A DNA stretch of 64,000 bases, taken from positions 62,001 through 126,000 of the forward strand of contig NIVC01002418.1 in assembly GCA_002269645.1 (NCBI GenBank). The letters are read 5' to 3'. The notes under the pieces were generated by a model that had not been told where the DNA came from, ran no database searches, and was given only the letters and a program-made list of their open reading frames with translations. The DNA comes from Macrostomum lignano (taxonomy: Eukaryota). Shown piece by piece: positions 58,249-64,000 of this stretch (position 1 is the stretch's first letter; each line of letters begins with the position of its first letter). A program made the translations under genes and the position numbers.

Positions 58249-61200
58249 TCAGTCCTCACTCGGCCGATCGTTGTCGCTGTCGTCGGCATCAGCCCCCTGG
58301 TCACCATCTTCATCACCAGACGGTGGTGTTGGTGGGCAGGCGCGCTTGAGTTTGTTGACGTGAACCACCCGGCCGTTGATCTCGCCGTCTCGGTAATCGA
58401 CGGGCCGAATCAGGTAGTTGACCGGCGACGTTCTGCGAAGGACGTTGAATGGGCCAGTCCACGGCGACTGATGTTTCACCGGCAGACCGTTGGTTCTGGA
58501 GAGCACAGCGGGAGGCACGAACAGCCAAACGAGGTCGCCAGCACGAAACTTCCGCTTCCTTGCCTTCCGGTAGTAGTACCGCCGCTGACGCCTCTGAGCT
58601 GCACCAGTTGTCCTCCGCACTGTTTCGAAGGCGTCCTGCAGCCGCTGGATGGTCTCCGCCGCGTACTGGCCGACGATCGCTGGGGGCTCTGGCGGCCGGT
58701 AGACGACGTCCAACGGCAGCACCACCTCTCGGCCAGTCAACAGGAAGTGCGGGGAGAACCCTGTTGTTGCGCTGATGCTGCTTCTGTAGGCCAGAAGACA
58801 GTGCGGCAGGGCGTCCTCCCAGTCCGGCGGATTGACGGTCTGGAGGTGACAGCGCAGCATTTGATGAAGCGTCCGATGAAATCGTTCCACCAGGCCGTCG
58901 CACTGCGGATGGTAGCCTGATGTTCGGGTCTTGTCGATCTCCAGCAGGCTGCAGAGACCTCGGACAATGCGGCCGTCGACGCTTCTGCCTCGGTCCGAAT
59001 GAAAGACATGTGGAGCTCCCCAGCGCGCGATCCAGTGGCTGAACAACGCCTTGGCAATAGTTGCTGCCTTCTCGTCCGGCATTGGCACCAGCTCCACTCA
59101 TTTGCTGAAGTAGTCGATGATCGTTAGTAGACGATCGTTGCCATTCTTGGAGACGCCGACCTTGACGACGTCGAACCCGACGCGCTGCATGGGGAAACCC
59201 GCTGTGATACTTTGTAACGGCGCACGTTTGATGAGCGGCGTCTTGGCTCGCTGGCAGACTCCGCATGAACGAACAGCCAGCCGGACGCTTTCGGCCATCT
59301 TCGGCCAGTAGAACCGCGCCTTGAGGCTGGCCAGCGTCTTGTCCTCGCCCAGGTGGCCGATGTTGTGGACCTCGTAGATGACGTCGCGCTGTTGACAGAG
59401 AGGGATGACCGGCACCGGCTTCGCGTTGACCAGGCGGTGCATGGCGCCGTTGACGAAGCACAGATCGTGTACCTTTTGTGCCAGCACCAGGGTCTCCGAC
59501 GGCACTTTGTCGCGCTGCCGATCGGTGAATCTGGTCTTGCCGTCGGCGAGTAGCCGGAACACTGGGCTGATGACTGGATCCTGAAGCTGCATTCTGCGTA
59601 GAGACGGTGGCCCGCTGTCTGCTGCTGGTGCCTCAGTCGCGTCGTCATCGCTGCTGTCTTCACTCTCACTGGTAAGCGGCTGTAGAATTTGCTTGCGCCT
59701 CGCCTGCATGGTGCTGACCTGGACGATGTCGTTAGCAGGCGCTGCTGGCGCCTCGGTGTCCGTTTGGCAAGCCACCGAGGAAGTCGTCTTTCTGATGTTT
59801 ACTGGCTCCGGCCGACAGATTCGACATTGGTTGGTACATCGTTGCTGGACCCGTGATAGAGCGTCGGCGTTGTTGTGCTGACGGCCTGGGCGGAAGACAA
59901 CCTTGAAGTCGTACTCGTCTAGAGTCTGCAGCCACCGTGCCAGTTGACCCTCGGGCTCCTTGAACGTCAGCAGATGTGTCAGAGACTGATGATCGACGCG
60001 GACGGTGAATGTCCGAGGCAGCAGGTACGTTCGAAACTTTCTGACATGGTCGACGACCGACAGCAGTTCTCGCCTCGTCACGCAATAGTTGCGTTCAGCC
60101 CTTGACAGCGCCCGAATGGAGTACGCGATGACCCGTTCCTCGCCGGCCTGGACTTGAGAGAGCACCGCGCCAATGGCACAGTCGCTGGCGTCAGTATCCA
60201 AAACGAACTCCGAGCTGTCTGGGCTGGTGTCCGTGAAGGCAAGGACTGGTGCTGACGCTAGCGCCGCCTTCAGTTGGACAAATACTGCCTCAGCCGCTGG
60301 TGTCCACTGGAATTTCTCCGCCGGAAGAGTCAGGCGTCGTAGCGGTTCGGCAATCTTCGAATAGTCCTGAACGAATCGCCGATAGTACGCCGTGAGGCCT
60401 AGGAAGCTCTTCACCTCCTTAGGGTTTCCTGGTGTTGGCCATGCGCGGATGACGGCAGTCTTGGTCTCGTCGACGGTGATGCCGGACTTGGAGACTCGAT
60501 GACCGAGCACAATCATCGTCGAGTTGGCGAAACGGCACTTTGACGGTTTCAGCCGCAGGTTTGCCTCCCTCAGCCGCTCAAGCACTGCTCGCAGTCGAGA
60601 ATTGTGCTCAGCGATCGTCCGGCCCATAACGATGACATCGTCGATGAAAACGAGGCACGCTTGCCAGGTCAGCCCTTGAAGCACCAGCTGCATAAGTCGT
60701 TGAAACGTCGCCGGGGCGTTGCGCAGGCCGAAGGGCATGACGTTGAACTCGAAAAGGCCTTGGTGACAGATAAAAGCAGTCTTTTCCTTGTCGCGCTCTT
60801 CGACTTCGACCTGCCAGTAGCCACTCTCCAGATCGAGTGCCGAAAAGTAAGCGTTGCCCTCCAGAGCGTCCAAGGTGTCGTCGATGCGAGGGATCGGGAA
60901 GGCATCCGGCTTGGTGACCTGGTTGAGCAGCCGATAGTCAAGGCAGAAGCGTGCCGTCCCATCCTTCTTCCTGACGAGCACGATCGGCGATGCCCACGGC
61001 GAAGATGACGGCCGGATGACGCCTTTCTGCAGCATGTCGTCGACTAGTTCGGCCTGTTTTTCGATGACCGGGCGCGCTGCACGTCGAAGGCTCTGTCGAA
61101 TCGGTCGCGCTCCACCGGTGTCGATGTGGTGTCGTAAAACTGCTGTGCGGCCAGCGTTGCCTGGTGATGCGAAGACGTCGCAGAATTCCAGCAGAAGATC

Positions 61201-62427
61201 TTTGACAGACTGCTGTTCGTCGACCGAAATATCACTTTCGATTTTTATGCTGTTTAACCAGTCTGTCGTGTGTTGCAATGTCGCCGAACCCGAGACTACC
61301 GCCGTCGTCACCGCCAAGCTGCCAGCGGCCGTCGCCGCCGTGCTGCCAGCGGCCGTCGCCGCCGTGCTGCCAGCGGCCGTCGCCGCCGTGCTGCCAGTGG
61401 CCGTCGCCGCCGTGCTGCCAGCGGCCGTCGCCGCCGTGCTGCCAGTGGCCGTCGCCGCCGTGCTGCCAGCGGCCGTCGCCGCCGTGCTGCCAACGGCCGT
61501 CGCCGCCGTGCTGCCAGTGGCCGTCGCCGCCGTGCTGCCAGCGGCCGTCGCCGCCGTGCTGCCAGCGGCCGTTGCCGCCGTGCTGTCAGCGGCCGTCGCC
61601 GCCGTGCTGCCAACGGCCGTCGCCGCCGTGCTGCCAGCGGCCGTCGCCGCCGTGCTGTCAGCGGCCGTCTGGATTCGTGCGTGGCTACTGAGCGGTGAGA
61701 AACTGCCGATGATGTCGCCGTCGCTAATGCTGATGATCTGATCGCCGACGTTGATGACAGCCAGTCCCATTCCGCTGTCGGATAGCTTTGAGACGCAGCG
61801 ACCGATGAGCAGCCCTTGTAGTTTTGTCCCGGTGACTATCCCAGGGGCGCCTGATTTCGTCCACGAGGCTTGCTGGGCTGGCTTGACTGGGATGATCCAC
61901 CGATCGCCTGGCTGCAGCTGAACTGAGGCCGCCGACACTAGCCTGCAGGTCTGCGCTGCTTCTTTGCTTTGCCGAGTCGGGATTGATGCGCCTATGCTGT
62001 TGAAGGTGATGCAACCGGCCTGCAGATGAACAGAGACGTCGTGGGTGCTGAGGAAGTCACAGCCCAGGATGACGGATGTCGGATGCAGCTTCTCCAGTAC
62101 GACGAATCGATGTTGTACACGAACGATTCCAAGTGTCACTGTCAATGTTGTCTCGCCCAGCACTCGTTGCAAGTTGCCGTCCACGCCTCTAATGGTGATG
62201 CTGCTGGGCTGCAGCTGCCGCCTGGCCTTCCGGTAGATCTCGGCGCCGATGCATGACACCTCTGCTCCGGTGTCGATCAAGCAGTGGCGCCGTCGTCTGA
62301 GAATGCGCGCGGTGACGAAACGCGCCTGACCAGGCTGACAGCTGCTGAGGCGTGGAGTGGAGGCCGAGTGTCTTAGTGCTGAGAGGGCCGGTGCTGGCCT
62401 CGCGGACCAGCCCCCTCGGCGTTTGGG
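58249..62427 (-). pseudogene. Gypsy pol (protease, RT, RNase H, integrase) with one in-frame TGA in the integrase core
   Basis: LIDTGAEVS, FCLDYRLLN, YFSALDLESGYWQ, MPFGLRNAP, VFIDDVIV, DTDASDCAIG, HHCC motif; YFSK*VELV at 59100-59098 (expected W); FHSDRG, GLVERF and a GPF motif follow in the same frame. Confidence 0.9.
61318..61668. repeat. 24-bp in-frame tandem repeat (STAATAAG) between protease and RT of pol
   Basis: About 14 units of GCCAGCGGCCGTCGCCGCCGTGCT. Confidence 0.95.
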
Positions 62428-63487
62428 CAGTTGCGTCGAATATGGCCGAGCTGACCGCATCTGTAACAGACTGTTTTCTCCAGTCGTTGCTGTCCTCAGG
62501 TGCTCGACTGCTGCGGCATCAGCGGTCTTGGTAGCTCAGTCGATCTTGGAGGCCTCGGTGGTGTTGGCGGCGTAGGCGACATCTGCGGCTGCACTAGACT
62601 GGTACTCATGTACGCCCGCGTTTCCCGAAGCTGCTGGGCGAAGCGTAGTGCCTGCTCCACAGTGTGTGGCGGAGTTGGATGGTTGAGCAATCGCTCAGTG
62701 ACGTAGCTGTCGTTTAGGCCTTGCATGAACTGCTCGAGAACTATCTGCTGCACAAAGACCTGGGCTCCCGGGTCCGGATGGGCCCGAACAGCCAACCGTT
62801 GGAGCTCCGTCAGGTACTTCTCAAAGCTCTCGTCAGGTTTCCGATGTCGAGCACGGAACTCGCGTCGAAGAAGGGCTGCACTCTTGGCACCACCGTGACG
62901 TGAGCGGAGGTGTTCTACCAGGTCTTCGTAGTACACCCCAGGTAGCTGATCCAATGTTGACCCGGGCGGAAGACCTACGTACGCGCACTGCATTGCCAGC
63001 CAGGCAGTGTACGTTGCGAATGCCGGTCCGAGATAAGCCGTCAGGGTATTGACCTTCTCGATGTCCGGGAGGCCGGGGAATCGACCAATGTGAGCGCCGA
63101 TCCTGACGAGGAAGTCGTCGAAGTCTTCACGACCGTTGTATGGCGGAGGATTGGGCACCGAAGGCAGAGCAAGCCGGTGATTTGCCACTGGCAGCGCTGC
63201 ATAAGCCAGGTTGTTAGGCGGGCGTATTCCAGCTCCGGGACATGTCGAGCTTGACGTTGAACGTGCTCATGGAACGGGTTTGTTGAATACGACTCCGGCC
63301 GTGTCGTCCGCGGATCTTCGTCTGCGATGAACGGGTTGGTCGATCTACTGGCTGCTGCAGACACAAACGGGTTGTATGAACTCGAACTGGACGCGATGCT
63401 TGACTCGGCTGCTGTAGCTGCATCTGCCGCATTTGCTCGTCTGACCAGCCGTCCTCGAAGCTCCAGGAAGTCGTCATCGTTCCACAT
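62364..63487 (-). pseudogene. Gypsy gag, split by a frameshift (~63270) and a TGA (62498-62496) ahead of the CCHC knuckle
   Basis: ORFs 63487-63041 and 63188-62496; after the TGA the same frame reads CYRCGQLGHIRRNC and ends in TAA. End coordinate approximate. Confidence 0.8.
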
Positions 63488-64000
63488 GATGAAACACTAG
63501 CGTGGTCGCCAAATGTAAATACCCCAGTCGCCGTTTGAAATACGAGTGACGAAGTCGTGCAGGCAATTCTTGTCGGCTGTGCTCACTTAGCCGAGGGGAG
63601 AAAGTCTTAAAGATTCCTGCTCAAACCATTACTGTATTTATAACCATTGGCGATGTTTTGCAGACAGCGTGCGAGGCTTAAAAGCGTAATTCACGCGCGG
63701 GAATAAAATCAATTCCAGAATACATTCAAATATATGGAAACTAAGCGAGTCGGAGAAAAGAATGCGACTGCGCAACAAATTAAGTCAGCAGGGTGCACAG
63801 TGCGTACGGTACGGGGAAGGGACAACTTGTTACAAATAGATAGTTCAAAAGTGTGTGCAATTTGCACACCGAATAAGACAAAAGCATAACAAATTTTATA
63901 TCTTAAAAATAGACATACTATAATTAAACTGCTTACTAAAGCTTATATTTAAAACTTACAAAAGTTTCGAGAAGTTTATTTGATAAAACAGGAGATAAAA

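Larger units (their letters stand above)
57679..63834 (-). mobile_element. Full-length Ty3/Gypsy LTR retrotransposon, defective
   Basis: 321-bp LTRs at 63514-63834 and 57679-57999 (TG..CA, identical by eye), 4-bp TSD AATA, PBS TGGCGACCACG (63511-63501; matches the recalled tRNA-Arg(TCG) 3' end), polypurine tract AAGGAGGGAG beside the 3' LTR, domain order PR-RT-RH-INT. Confidence 0.95.

Noticed and set aside
61318-61668. Antifreeze or ice-nucleation protein similarity of the STAATAAG repeat
   Set aside because: It matches neither (AAT)n nor AGYGSTxT and lies within a retrotransposon Pol linker.

Overview
Eukaryotic (invertebrate) genomic DNA with GC-rich exons and minisatellite-filled introns. 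The style suggests a free-living flatworm such as Macrostomum, but that is inference only. Four spliced host genes could be reconstructed by hand with GT-AG junctions and consistent phases: a cyclin G-like gene (+, 939-3961), a glycogenin (-, 19566-8668), an ankyrin-repeat TRP-superfamily channel (-, 47883-35698) and AP-1 sigma (-, 57375-51052). A ~12.65-kb tandem duplication (~10.0-22.7 kb and 22.7-35.3 kb) copies glycogenin exons 1-4 but not its glycogen-synthase-binding last exon. Mobile DNA: a complete but mutated Ty3/Gypsy element with apparently identical LTRs (57679-63834), a 5'-truncated RTE-like LINE inside a 32-bp minisatellite, two tRNA-derived SINE families, and a decayed Merlin (IS1595/IS1016-like) transposon carrying two nested MITEs. 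The most unusual signal is a MITE family (TIR CATACATGCGCAAC, 8-bp TSD) whose core is a ~64-nt copy of the 28S rRNA H69-H71 segment (the R2/I-PpoI/Pokey target region), altered at the cut site; 28S-like copies occur at three unrelated loci here. There are also kb-scale CpG-free zones just inside the 5' ends of two housekeeping genes, with CpG-type decay of the resident transposase. Most long ORFs in the supplied track are tandem-repeat artefacts. No CRISPR array or intact rRNA/tRNA gene was found. All calls are by eye, without database searches.
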